A stretch of 64,000 bases of DNA from the NCBI GenBank assembly GCA_002269645.1, contig NIVC01003909.1, forward strand, positions 6,138-70,137. The letters are read 5' to 3'. The notes under the pieces are model-generated. The model was not told the origin of the DNA and did not search any database. It saw nothing but the letters and a program-made list of their open reading frames with translations. Source of the DNA: Macrostomum lignano. Lineage: Eukaryota. A program made the translations under genes and the position numbers. Shown piece by piece: positions 35,601-47,677 of this stretch (position 1 is its first letter; each line of letters begins with the position of its first letter).

Positions 35601-37127
35601 TGCCTTTGAATGTACCAAGATCACCAAACACCTCAGCGAATTCTTCCAGTAGTCCTTGCACTTGGGTACAAATTGTGGACTTCAGCTGTTTGATGGACTG
35701 CCAGTCGAGTTGCAGCTGCCGCAACCAGTCGCGGCCGAGCAGACTTGGGCCGCTGCCCTCCACGACGAGCAGGGGAAGGCGGATGGACTCTTCTGAAAGC
35801 GACTTGCTGACAGGCAAATCCAACTTACCGAGCACATTAACGGAGTGTCCGGAGTATGTGGTTAGCTGAGCAGAAGAGCAGTTGATGGGCTTAACTTGGG
35901 GCCGCTGTGGAGGACATCCTTGTAGGTGCGCACCGATATCAGCGACACGGAAGCTCCAGTGTCCACCTCCATCAGACACGGGCGACCGTCAATGAAAACA
36001 GTTGTGATGATCGGGGGCACAGTTTCTCTGCGTGTGGTGCCGGAACCAAATTGGTGCAGAGAGTACGGCTCGTCTTGATCCTTCTCGATGGTTGTCGCCT
36101 CAAAAACTTGGTTGGCCGCCTACTGAGGCCGATTTCTGCAAGCCCTGGCCGCGTGTCCATTTTTCTGGCACCGGAAACACTGCTTGTCGATGAACGGACA
36201 CTTTTGGGACATGTGCCTTGTCGACAGGCACCTGCCGCATCGCCTCTGATCTGGTGCTTGCTGAACTTTGAGAACTGCATCCTCCGTCTTGCTGCTCTCG
36301 CTGATCCCAGTGGCTGATTCCAAGACTTTGCAGTTCTTTGTTGCCGACTCATGGGCCTGAGCAATTTCAGTGGCGGATTTTAGATTCAACTCGGGCTCCG
36401 CCAACAATCGCCGCTGGATCTCCAGATTGTTGATGCCGCACACCAGTCGATCTCGCAACATCTCGTCCAGATTGCTGTAGTTGCAGTGCTCACTCAGCTT
36501 CCGCAGCTCCGCCAGATATGTTGATACGGACTCGTCAGGCTTACTGACGCGGTTGTTGAAGTCGAAGCGCTGAACGATCTCTGATGGCGTAGGACAGTGA
36601 TACTCTTTGAGAAGCTTGCAGATATACTCGTATGAATAGCTCTTGTCTCCGACTTTGGCTGGCGAGCAAAGGTTGCGAGCAATTTGAAAAGACTGGCGGC
36701 CGCAAACGCTTAGCAGGACGGCTCTTTTCTTTGCATCTTCTCTGATGCCATGCGCTTCAAAGTACTGCTCCAGTCGCTCCTGGTATTCCGTCCAGGACTC
36801 TTCTCTGTCATTAAAGTTCTCAAACGCGTGGGTAGACGTACACTGACATCTCGTCGCCCGTGAAACAACTTGACTTACGATGGCACTAGCCGAAAAACCC
36901 TTGCATGAAAACTCCAACTGCAGCGACTTATATATTTTGACACGATATTATAAAAGGGACTAAAAAACGCAAAGTAGCAATTGTGTGAGTGTGAATGAGT
37001 ATGCGACGGTGTACGCACAAACGAAAGTACAGAGAGGAGGTAAAATAGCCACAGAATCGCAACCCCAAAACACAAACCAACCCAGCCCCAACACTCCAAA
37101 CACACGACACCGCCACACGCCACCACA
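32626..37127 (-). mobile_element. Full-length but decayed Ty3/Gypsy element 2 (Mag-like)
   Basis: LTRs 36861-37127 and 32626-32893 (TG..CA, ~95% identical by eye); PBS-like GGGCGACGAG; purine tract GGTTGGGAGAGG. Gag with knuckles (36120-36917), protease, RT FMDD (34782-35438), RNase H (33996-34688), integrase (32962-34041), split by frameshifts and a stop. Confidence 0.93.
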
Positions 37128-38049
37128 ATTACTACTTGAGGAAATAAATTGACTTGGTGGAACTTTTATTGATTTTTAACCGTAAAAATAGAAGTTGTGG
37201 AATTTTTGTATCTACTTACATGTACTTGTATGTAATGATCAATAAGTACAACCGAAAAATACTAAGTTTTCGTCATACATGTATAAATTATATACAGAAT
37301 AGTTCAACTAATTTGAGCTAGTTAATGTTACTATGAAAAACACCGAAATCGATAATTTTAGTATTATTAAGGTTATGCAACACAAAAAGTTTCATTTAAT
37401 GGAAAAATAAAGATCATTTATTTACTTAGGCCAACTACAAGGCTGCTGGTCTCCGGAATCTTTTGTCTAAATTAAACAAAGTTTAAATTAAAGTCTAAAT
37501 TAACCAAACATGGATGGGTCTTGTAAATTTAGGAGCATAGTCGATGAGTGATATAGTGATGGCTAAGCAGTTTACTGAATGATTTTTTTGCAAAGATTCA
37601 GGGAGCTGGCTCGTTGCTGTTGACTCAAATTTGAAGTCGAATTTGAAATTTTTAACTCGCTATTTGAATTTGGTCCATTTTAGATCATCATATAAATGAG
37701 CTTTAGAATTAGAAGAAGCCCTTACTCTTTAAAAGCTTGCCGCTGCTAGTCAATGCCACAGTTCGCTCTGTGTAGGGTAGAAGTAATCTGATTATTTATT
37801 TATAATCGGGTAGTTTAACCCAATAAATAATTAATGGTACTCGTTGCGTAAGGGAGAAGTGGGCGGTGAGGTATGTGAGATGCAGCGCAGCAGCCATACT
37901 TGTGGAACAAGTATATTAAATATACAAGTATTACACAGTTTTTTATTTTTGGATGTGGCATATACTTTTATAAAAAGCGTAATTTTTATAAAAGAACTAT
38001 AAAAGATATGAATTTACTGCCTGTTTAGTTCAGTTCCGAATTCTCATTC

Positions 38050-40110
38050 TTGTCAATGAAACAAATGTAGCTGGTGAGTAAGTATTTAGTATGTACAAAG
38101 TAGTTGGAGGTTGATAGTCCGTATAGGGCGGGGCGAAGACCAATATATGGGCAGAAAACAAAATATAATGGAATGAGCACTGCAGTTAAAACATGGTCAG
38201 TGCTCTCTCACTCAGAATACACGGAGAACATGGCCTGCACCACCTACCTACGTTGCAGAGTTGCGTATTAAGGGTGGGCGACTGGTTTTTTATGTACAAG
38301 GCTTCTACGATCTTGAGCTTGTGATCAGATGGGCATTGGTCGATGATATTTTAAAGCGTTATTCAGGTGTACAGTTGGAGCAGCTGTTACATTTCAAAAG
38401 GTGGGTTTGGATGGCCGACGGTTTGAGCCAGTGCTCCCTGGTTCTAGTGTGCTAGTGTCTTTTGGTCTTCCCACGTAGGAGACGCTCTGGTCAACAGAGC
38501 AGTTGAAACAATATACAACACCTGCACGCAGAGCACGGGGTACACGTGACTTTAACCGACCGACAAAACTGCCAACTTTGGAAGAGCGGAAAAAAACTCG
38601 AATTTGGCTGTTGAAAGAGTTGTGGAACAATTTGCAAATCCTGTTTTTGAAGGTGAGAGAAGGATGGCCAAAGAAAGGGAGAATGAGTGTTGGTTCACTC
38701 AGGTCAATGTGATCATGTTTGGAAACTTTTTGATGATTCACTCTTTCAGAAATGAATTTTTGGATGTTGTGGTGGATGAAGGCTGATGGTCGGTAACCGT
38801 TTTGTTGGAGCATTTTGGTCAGAAACCTGATTTCTTGGTCAAAGTTAATCTAGGAGTTGCAGACGGTGTAGGCTCTGTGAAGCAAGCATCTGATCAGACC
38901 AGATTTCTACTGTCTGGGGCACACGGCATGAAAGTTGAGAATGAAATTGGTGAAGGTTTTTTGCAGAAAACTTTGGTGGAAAGGTTCCCACCGCTGAGAT
39001 CGATGTCAAGGTCAAGGAACGGAAGTTTATGGTCAGTAGCAATCTCATTGGTTAACTTAATTAACTGAACTTAACTGGATGTCCCCTTAAGTCAAGGGGA
39101 CATCCAGTTGTTGGTTTTCCAATGAGTCAAGCAGACTTCAGCCAGAGTAGGGGCCAGCGGACTTCCCATGGCGCAGTCCTCAATTTTCCAGTAGTATTTA
39201 CTGTTGAACATGAAGATTCCAGAGGTCGCAAAGCCAAGAAGTTTTTAAAAATAGTCCTTAGACAAAGAAATGGAGGTAGGATTACATGTACGTTTAAACA
39301 CTAATTCAGTGCCGAGGTTAATAGCAAGTTTTAGGGGTATGTTAGTAAAGAGTGAAACAACATCGAAGCTGCAGAGAATTTCAGACTTCTTGTGTCAGAG
39401 CACGAATTTTGAAGATCTTTCAGAAAAGTGCTGTTGGATTTCGAGGTGAATTCAGTAGAAATGCAAGGTTTGATGAGCGAGTCTAGGTAGCTACTTAGCA
39501 AGCTCGTATTCGGCAGTGTTGACCATGAAAACGATTGGTCTGAGGGGTTTTTCTGGTTTGTGCACCTTGTAGACCCCGTAGAGCTGACCAGGTTGGCTGC
39601 CGCAGGGTAAGATACGCTAATACGTGCAAAGGTCAATGTGTTGTTTGACATGGGTGCGTAGGTAGTTTTGCAGAGAACGCTCAGTTTTTAGGATTGGGTG
39701 GGCATTGTACACCTGAAGAACGCTTTAAAATCATCGACCAATGCCCATCTGATCACAAGCTCAAGATCGTAGAAGCCTTTGTACATAAAAACCAGTCGCC
39801 CACCCTTAATACGCAACTCCAACATAGTAGGTAGGTGGTGCAGGCCATGTTCTCCGTGTATTCTGAGTGAGAGAGCACTGACCATGTTTTAACTGCAGTG
39901 CTCATTCCATTATATTTTGTTTTCTGCCCATATTGGTCTTCGCCCCGCCCTATACGGACTATCAACCTCCAACTACTTTGTACATACAAAATACTTACTC
40001 ACCAGCTACATTTGTTTCATTGACAAAATTTATAAATTCGCTTTACTCACACCTTTCGTTTCAAACAATATACCTGACGATGCAAATTGGGGTGCGAAAC
40101 GCGTCGTATT
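38050..40110 (-). mobile_element. 5'-truncated Penelope-like element with inverted pseudo-LTRs
   Basis: 38050-38373 is the reverse complement of 39706-40026. Between them on the minus strand are RT motifs (PGQLYGVYKVHKP..PLRPIV, SFDVVSLFTNIP, AMGSPLAP, LPFLDLDI) and a GIY-YIG endonuclease (GVVYCFNC...SYVG); frameshifted. Confidence 0.88.
40070..40109 (+). ncRNA. Minimal type I hammerhead ribozyme motif
   Basis: ATAC-CTGACGA-T-GCA(AATTGGGG)TGC-GAAA-CGCGT-C-GTAT: stem I ATAC/GTAT, both core boxes, palindromic stem III ACGCGT, GUC cleavage triplet. It is in element-sense orientation at the distal end of the inverted pLTR. One extra nt after A9. Confidence 0.75.
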
Positions 40111-42674
40111 CATGTTGATTTTCGGCTTTCTCTTTAAACTCATTCTGCTTTAAACTGCAGGTATCAAATTTTAGTGAAAAGTATGTCATTTGATTTATCA
40201 ATAAATTTTTATTTATATATTAAAATTATATTAAGAATTAAATTAAGCACAAATATATTGTCATTTATTGATTTTCCAAATGTTCAGTCTGTGTCTGTCA
40301 CAAAAAAATCTCTTCTAATACTCATTTTTTCAGCTACTTTTCTGGATCTGGACTGCTGTTCTGCAGCAATTATGCAGACGATAAAAGCTTGATCATGGCA
40401 AAAGTACCAGTTAAAACATCAATTAAATTAAATAGCTAGCATTATCTTGTAATTATAGCTATGACGACAACCTAATATAGCAAATCTGACAGCTGTGGAT
40501 ACATCTAATTTGTTCCCAGCACGACAAAGAAACACTATTATCAAGACTATACTTAGCATGACACATTGCTTAAGTAGGCTATATTAATATTAATTAATAT
40601 TATATTTTACTGGCGCACAAAAAGCTGTTTCTGCTACATTTTTTTACTATTCGAATTCATCATTTATTGCTAATTTTTTTTGTCCAGTAGCAGTCAGCCA
40701 TAAATATTTCCTTGCTTGCTGATTGATTCCTGCTCTGTAATGTGCAATGCACTCATGCACTGTTTATTAGGGTTTCAAGTTTGTTGTCTTAATTTTTTTC
40801 TTTTTACTTGTGCACTGCTGTCATGCATTTAATTCTGCTATTTACTTCTATTAATTTTTTACTCCGATTGCTTTTAGTAAATAAAAACTTCTTGGCCTGG
40901 TTTTTAAAAGTATAGCAATTATATTTCCTTTTGATTTCTTAAAATTTCAAATCAAATAATGCATCTGGAAACTTTAGTAGTCTTTTTCATAGTATTTAGT
41001 ACTCAGTGTTCTTTTTTTAAAGTAGGCCTCCTTTATGGCCTACAAATAGCTAGATTATTACAGTGATAGTGGTTGGCCTGTAGTTAAATTGTTATTTTCA
41101 ACTTCTTCGAAGGCTGGTTTAGACAAGATTTGGGTTCGAAACGCACGTGTTTGGCTTCCGATTTAAATTTAAATTCACTTCAAGTTTGATTAACTTTATT
41201 TTTAACTTTAATTCACTTTCAATTTTAATCTTTGTTGAAAAGTTTGAACAAAAATTGAATCATTATAATTTACCATCTAACGAGATGCAGTTTTATTAAC
41301 GCGCAATCAGCTTGTCAAATTCGCCAGCCCCTAAGAAATTAGCGAATGTCACGTTATTGGCGTAGTGACTAGGACCCTTAAAAGGGCCGTTTAACGAGAA
41401 TTGTCGTAAGTCGTTGTAGTCCCAAAATGAATCGAAGTCAATTCTTGCAAAATGGATTGTGTAGCGGAGCACTTGGCGTATAAGGGCAGGAAACTGCCGT
41501 AGTTAATTTATTGTTGAGATCAATATTAGAACTGGTTAATGTCAATACAAAACTTATTGCGCTTTGGGACACTGGCGGCTGCAACAATGGTTTTGAAGGT
41601 AATTTAGAATGATGAAGTCGAGTAGCAGACGAAGGATTTAATGGTGACGTAACGTGGTGGGTGATGGCGATGAGCACAGTGGAAGCAGTGAGTAGCAAGT
41701 AGACGGGCAGATAAGTAGCGGCGAGAATGGCGTTAGCCGTGGCAGTACACAGTGGAGTAACGGTGTGTAAACAGGCGGGCCTAGACAGAGGAGCCATGGC
41801 GTGAGATAAGGAGGCTCGAGGCAGCCAGGCGAGAGAAGGAAAAAACGAGACGAAAACACAAGGGCCGCAAGGGAGCAAAGAGAAAGCAAAGGAGGCGCAA
41901 AGGAGGTGCAAAGAGCGAGAGAAAGTGAAGATCCCCCAGCCCGCCGCCAGGCGGGGGTTAATAAAGAGCGCAGAGGGCTAGCAATATACACGCGGAGAAT
42001 TTTCATTGGCTGGCGGGAGAACTTGAAATTATCGATCGTGCTAAATTTTTGCAGACGAACGCAAGGTCTATCAAATACACAGTGACTTAGCAATTGATAC
42101 AGATTAGTTGCACGCTACTATAAGTAAACGTTAAAATAATCTATTGGAGAAATTTAAGTGAGAAATTGCAAGGGAAACTACAGTCCAACGGCCCTTTTGC
42201 GGGACCACTTATACTAGCAACGTCACACGAAGCTGTTGGCTGCTGCTTCAAAGACCTCTTCCTACTCGTGAAGACTTTCAAATCTTCAAACCTCATCAAA
42301 GGTCAACGTCATAGTTTTACCTGTCATGTTGTTGGCATGCAATGAAACATGTAAGTCAAGTGGCGCTTGCTGACTGAATCAAAACTCCAAAGGATTTTTC
42401 GGTGGACTCAATATATGTTCTCTCCTTTGGCTAATTTCAAGTTGTCGGTAAGTAACCACTGTAAAAGGAAATACAAAGAGTGAATTCGAGAGTGAACTTT
42501 TGCCATTAGAGCTTAACGTTCTAACAAAATATTTAACTGCGATTAACCATGCAACTAACGACGTATCTGATACATTCATTTATTCATAAAAATAATTCAA
42601 TGACTTTTAACGAGGTTTTTCAAAACTTTACCAAGTTACATGTACGTAACTATAAATTTTACCTGTCTTAATAG

Positions 42675-43010
42675 GAGGTTTGCAGCCTTGGTTAGAGGCT
42701 ATAGAGCCTCGGACTCACGACTTGAAGGTCGGGGGGGCGGGGGGGGTTCGATTCCCGATTCCATTGGAACAATCATTATATCCTTGAGCAAGACACTACT
42801 CTGCATTACTTGTAAAATCTTGGTTCACCCAGATGTAAAATAGGTGCCAGCATTAGCTGGGGCAATCGAGGGTGCGTGGCGACCCCCCACTCCTTGGACT
42901 GAACAGCCGTACGCAGCTATCAGATGCACCGTGCAATAGCTGCGGCTGAGCTGTCGTTTGCTTATCTGGTCCAGTATGGCAGGTGTATTAATTAATTATT
43001 AATATATTAT
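42675..43010 (+). mobile_element. tRNA-derived CORE-like SINE (copy B)
   Basis: B box GTTCGATTC; TCCTTGAGCAAGACACT...GTAAAATAGG; 3' body matches copy A (GTGGCGACCCCCC...GCAATAGCTGCGGCTGAGCTGTC); TAAT tail. Confidence 0.78.
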
Positions 43011-44083
43011 TAATAGCTAACATCCAGTTCTAAATTAACATGGAAATGGCACTTTTGAATCGTTATGGCAATTTTAAAATAAAGGGATGAAATTAACATA
43101 GGGTGATTAGCTTGATAATTGGGCCATTATGGCCATTATGGGCCATTATCTCCAGGATCACCATTGTAGTTTAAACATTATCCAAATTCCGGGCGCCCAA
43201 TAAGCAAGGAGCAAAAATTATTCATGAAAATTCATTAAAAGCACATTTTCTTAAGAACCAATTCCTTCTTCACTTTTATCAATCATCATATTCGAATAAA
43301 ACTGTCATGGACAAAGATGTTTGCTATGAATCTATTTTTTCTCAAAGTAAAAAGGCAACGAATAAAGCCTTCACAAAGATAACAGGCATTCCCCTAAATA
43401 CCCTAAATAGAAAACATCCCCAAGACAGCAAGCACCCCTCCCCCTGATAGCAAGCATCCCCAGATAGCAAGCATCCCCCGATAGCAAGCATCCCCCGACA
43501 GCAAGCATCCCCCGATAGCTAGCATCCCCCGATAGCAAGCCTCCCCAGATAGCTAGCATCCCCCGATAGCAAGTATCCACAGATAGCAAACATCCCCCGA
43601 CAGCAAGCATCCCCCGATAGCAGGCATCCTCCCAGATAGCAAGCATCCCCAGATAGCAAGCATCCTCCCAGATAGCAAGCCTCCCCAGATAGCAAGCATC
43701 CCCCGATAGCAAGCCTCCCCAGATAGCAAGCATCCCCCGATAGCAAGCCTCCCCAGATAGCAAGCATCCCCAGATAGCAAGCATCCCCAGATAGCAAGCA
43801 TCCTCCCAGATAGCAAGCATCCCCAGATAGCAAGCATCCTCCCAGATAGCAAGCATCCTTAGATAGCAAGCATCCTCTCAAATAGCAAGCATCCCCCCGA
43901 TAGCAAGCATCACCAGACAGCAAGTATATTCTCCCAGATAGCAAGCATCCCCCGATAGCAAGCATCCCCCCCGATAGCAAGCATCCCCAGATAGCAAGCA
44001 TCCCCAGACAGCAAGCATCCCCAGACAGCAAGCATCCCCAGATAGCAAGCATCCCCAGATAGCAAGCATCCCCAGATAGCTAG

Positions 44084-46960
44084 TGTCGGATTTCCATCCT
44101 CCAAATATTTGTACTTTCTATTTTGCAATTCAGACTCGTACTTTTCAGTTAGCCGTCTCCCTTCATCTACCATGCTCTTCCCCACAGACAATATCAACCG
44201 TTAATTCACCATAGATAATTATTCAGCCAACCTGTTCATTGTTGTTAGTATAAATAGAAGTTCAACTCGCGGCTACGGCCGGTGTTCTCGTCCTCTGCTC
44301 CTCCTTCCTTTCTGCACCACTTAAATCTCGTTCTATTAGTTTATTGTCTATTCGACAATTTTGGTAGCAGAGCGTGGTTACCATGGTCATCACACGATCG
44401 ACAACTGACCAATCTGGCGACCATCAGCAGTCCCAGAACGACCACCTCTCAACCTCTACTGAAGCGACCACTGCCGCGGAGCAGCCGCCCGTCGAAGCCA
44501 GTGACCCGCCGCCAGCTGCTTCATCCGCCACGACATCCGCTCCTCTCGCTGCTACTTCCACAACTCTGATCCCTGCAACAGCTCCCGCTGCCTCCGTCGA
44601 CGTAAACGCCCTCATCGCCTCAATGACCGCGATGATGCAGCAGAACCAGCAGCTCATTCAGCAGCTCGCCGCCACTGTCCATCCAGCCTCGACACCAGTT
44701 GCCTCAACGCCCGCATCAGATGCTCACGATCCGGCCGGGCTCATCCGCTCCACCATTCTCAAGAACGTACATCTCCCGACCTTCGACGGTACGGACCCTG
44801 CTGCATTTCCGGGCTTCTGGGACGCCTTCGTCTACCGCGTTGACCGCTCCAGCCTCAACGACGTCGACAAATTCGAGGCGCTTCGCGGTCTGCTCTCCGG
44901 CTCCGCTCTCAAGAAGCTCGGTGCCCTCAATGCCTACCAACCCAACGCCTACGCCGAGGCCTGCCGTGTCCTCCAGGCCAACTACACCGACACACAGGAG
45001 CAAAAGAACGCCTCCTTCCAGCGTCTCCTCGCCCTTCACTGCAACTCTGCCTCCGACATAGACGAGCTCGAGACCTACACCGACGCCCTCCGACTCGCTA
45101 CCGGCCAGCTCCTCCGCCTTGGCGAGCCCGCCAGCACCATCGACGGCTACGTCTACGCCCTGTGGAGCCGCCTCCCGATCGAGCTGCAGAGTGAGATCCG
45201 CAACCTTCGTGCTGCCAACGGGCAGCCTCTCATGCCAACTATGACACAGCTCCAGTGCCACCTCGATTACAAGCTGAAGACGCTCAGAGCCGCTTCCGCT
45301 ACCCCGCCGGCTGCGACCTTCGCTTCCGCCATCCTGGACAACGCCAGTTCCCAGCCGCCACAAGCCCGCAGCATCGGCAATCGCTTATCGTCGGACGCCT
45401 ATCGACCTGACCCCGCTCCTTGCGCCGACATTAAATCTCGCCCAGCCGCGAAGTTAAGTTCCACTGCCAGCCAAGAGCCCAAGACTTCTTGTCCCTGCAG
45501 CGACGCCAGTCAGCCTATCAGCCCTAACGTACCCGCCCAAGCGCTTCGACCGACTCTCAAAGCCTGCCCGACACCCTTCGGGGCCATCCTCGACGGCTCC
45601 CTTGATACCACAGCCTCTCGTCTCAACGGCTTCCTCGGCTCCTCGCAAGTGGTCATTGCGAACACTTTCCCTAACAACGATGGGCTCCACCTCGACCGAC
45701 TTATGGACAGCATGTCCAACCTCGAAGCTCTCGGAACGGCAAAGGATGCTGAAAGGCCCGACGCCAGGAACGACAGACCCCAGGAACGCCTGCCCGACTC
45801 CATCATGCGCGATACCGACGTTCGAATCTCCGTCGACCTGCCATTCGAACCTGGAGCCGAGCTCCTACCTTCCAACTTTGGCCAGGCCTTCGGTCGTGCT
45901 CAAGCCACCCACCGCCGCCTCAGCCTTCCCGAGCGCGAGGCCTACTACGCCGAGTTCGAGAAGCGCAAGCAAGGTGTCCTGGAACGAGTCAGCCCTGGCC
46001 AGGTAGCTGGCCCAGTCATCCAGACTCTGCCGCACTTCCCAGTCATAAAGGGGAGCTCCAACACGACGAAGATCCGCCCCGTCGTCGACGCTTCTACCAA
46101 GACCTCGCTCGCTGGCGCCACACTCAACGACCTCCTAGAGCCTGGGCCCAACCTGCTGACGTCAATGCTTCAAGTCCTTCTAGTTCACCGCGCTCACCAG
46201 TTCGGCATCTCATCTGACCTCAAGGCCGCCTTCTACCAGAAAGGCGTTCACGAACCTCACCGCGACGTCCTCTGCATAATCCTCCCGAAGTACATCACCA
46301 AGCCGCTAGTACAGGGCAGCTTCGAGCTCTGGCGCTTCACTCGCATCGTCATGGGCGCCTCTCCCAGAGCGTGGATTCTCCTGGCAGTCCTCCACAAGAT
46401 ATGCTTAGACGCAATTAACTCGGGAGATTCCGACCTCACCCAATCCGAGCTCGAGCGCATCATTGGCAGCCTCTATGTCGACAACCTCGTCATCGGCGCT
46501 GACACCAAGGAAGATGCTGGCTGCCTGCCGGCTCGGCTTCCGGCCCGGCATTGTTACAACCTGACTAAACAGTTGACCGCTTTCACGAACTAAACTCAAT
46601 GCGCAAATACTCACTATTTAATCATTCTACTGTTTTTGCCGTTCAAAATCCCCTCTATCTATCGTTACCCGTTGGCCCCCCGAGCCTGTCGGATTTCCAT
46701 CCTCCAAATATTTGTACTTTCTGTTTTGCAATTCAGACTCGTACTTTTCAGTTAGCCGTCTCCCTTCATCTACCATGCTCTTCCCCACAGACAATATCAA
46801 CCGTTAATTCACCATAGATAATTATTCAGCCAACCTGTTCATTGTTGTTAGTATAAATAGAAGTTCAACTCGCGGCTACGGCCGGTGTTCTCGTCCTCTG
46901 CTCCTCCTTCCTTTCTGCACCACTTAAATCTCGTTCTATTAGTTTATTGTCTATTCGACA
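44084..46960 (+). mobile_element. Internally deleted BEL/Pao LTR retrotransposon, very recent insertion
   Basis: 274-bp LTRs 44084-44357 and 46687-46960 (TGT..ACA; one mismatch seen); 5-bp TSD GCTAG on both sides; PBS TGGTAGCAGAGCGTGGTT. Confidence 0.92.
44383..46593 (+). CDS. BEL/Pao gag fused to a partial RT; no protease, RNase H or integrase recognisable
   Basis: MVITRS start; DUF1759-type gag (LPTFDG...FWDAF...KFEALRGLL); BEL RT motifs KIRPVVDAS, LNDLLEPGPNLL, SDLKAAFYQ, YVDN; uninterrupted frame. Confidence 0.85.
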   Translation: MVITRSTTDQSGDHQQSQNDHLSTSTEATTAAEQPPVEASDPPPAASSATTSAPLAATSTTLIPATAPAASVDVNALIASMTAMMQQNQQLIQQLAATVHPASTPVASTPASDAHDPAGLIRSTILKNVHLPTFDGTDPAAFPGFWDAFVYRVDRSSLNDVDKFEALRGLLSGSALKKLGALNAYQPNAYAEACRVLQANYTDTQEQKNASFQRLLALHCNSASDIDELETYTDALRLATGQLLRLGEPASTIDGYVYALWSRLPIELQSEIRNLRAANGQPLMPTMTQLQCHLDYKLKTLRAASATPPAATFASAILDNASSQPPQARSIGNRLSSDAYRPDPAPCADIKSRPAAKLSSTASQEPKTSCPCSDASQPISPNVPAQALRPTLKACPTPFGAILDGSLDTTASRLNGFLGSSQVVIANTFPNNDGLHLDRLMDSMSNLEALGTAKDAERPDARNDRPQERLPDSIMRDTDVRISVDLPFEPGAELLPSNFGQAFGRAQATHRRLSLPEREAYYAEFEKRKQGVLERVSPGQVAGPVIQTLPHFPVIKGSSNTTKIRPVVDASTKTSLAGATLNDLLEPGPNLLTSMLQVLLVHRAHQFGISSDLKAAFYQKGVHEPHRDVLCIILPKYITKPLVQGSFELWRFTRIVMGASPRAWILLAVLHKICLDAINSGDSDLTQSELERIIGSLYVDNLVIGADTKEDAGCLPARLPARHCYNLTKQLTAFTN

Positions 46961-47624
46961 GCTAGCATCCCCAGATAGCAAGCATCCCCAGATAGCAAGC
47001 ATCCCCAGATAGCAAGCATCCCCAGATAGCAAGCATCCCCCGATAGCAAGCATCCCCCGACAGCAAGCATCCCCAGATAGCAAGCATCCCCAGATAGCAA
47101 GCATCCCCAGATAGCAAGCATCCCCAGATAGCAAGCATCCCCAGATAGCAAGCATCCCCAGATAGCAAGCATCCCCAGATAGCAAGCATGCACCCCCAGC
47201 AAGCTAGTGCAACAATTTCTTCAGCCAGTGCCATCATTATATTCTTATCTGCATGGTGAAAAAATCTTTTTCTAAGCTAGTGCAACAATCATTTTCTTAC
47301 ATGTATCATGAAATGCAATAATCATGTTCAAATTTCAAATTTCAATAAATTTTCAATTTTAATTTTCGAATTAACTACATGTAGCTTCTGACCTTAGCCG
47401 TGAAATTTCAGAAATTCCCCTCCCCGAGTCTTGACATTTCCCCAAGAGTCACAGCAAAGTTTCAATTGACGCTTCATTTGTTTTTCAAGACGCTTCTTTT
47501 TTATATGACGCTTCCTTTTCGTCTGACAAGACGCTTCTATTCTTTTTGCATGACCCTTCTGCTATTTTTAAATGACGCTTCTTTTAGTCTTTTCGGCAAT
47601 TCCACATGAGTCTTATGGTTGAAC

Positions 47625-47677
47625 CCCTAACCCTAACCCTAACCCTAACCCTAACCCTAACCCCTAACCCTAACCCT
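47625..47677. repeat. Interstitial telomeric repeat, (CCCTAA)8 plus a partial unit
   Basis: Read directly; one unit has an extra C. Confidence 0.9.

Larger units (their letters stand above)
43445..47187. repeat. Minisatellite, ~17-bp unit (GATAGCAAGCATCCCCA), in two parts (43445-44083 and 46961-47187) split by the BEL insertion
   Basis: The same unit resumes on both sides of the LTR element. Confidence 0.93.

Noticed and set aside
41340-42235. Weak inverted match (AAAAGGGCCGTT / AACGGCCCTTTT) suggesting a MITE
   Set aside because: Only 12 bp match clearly; boundaries and TSD could not be defined.
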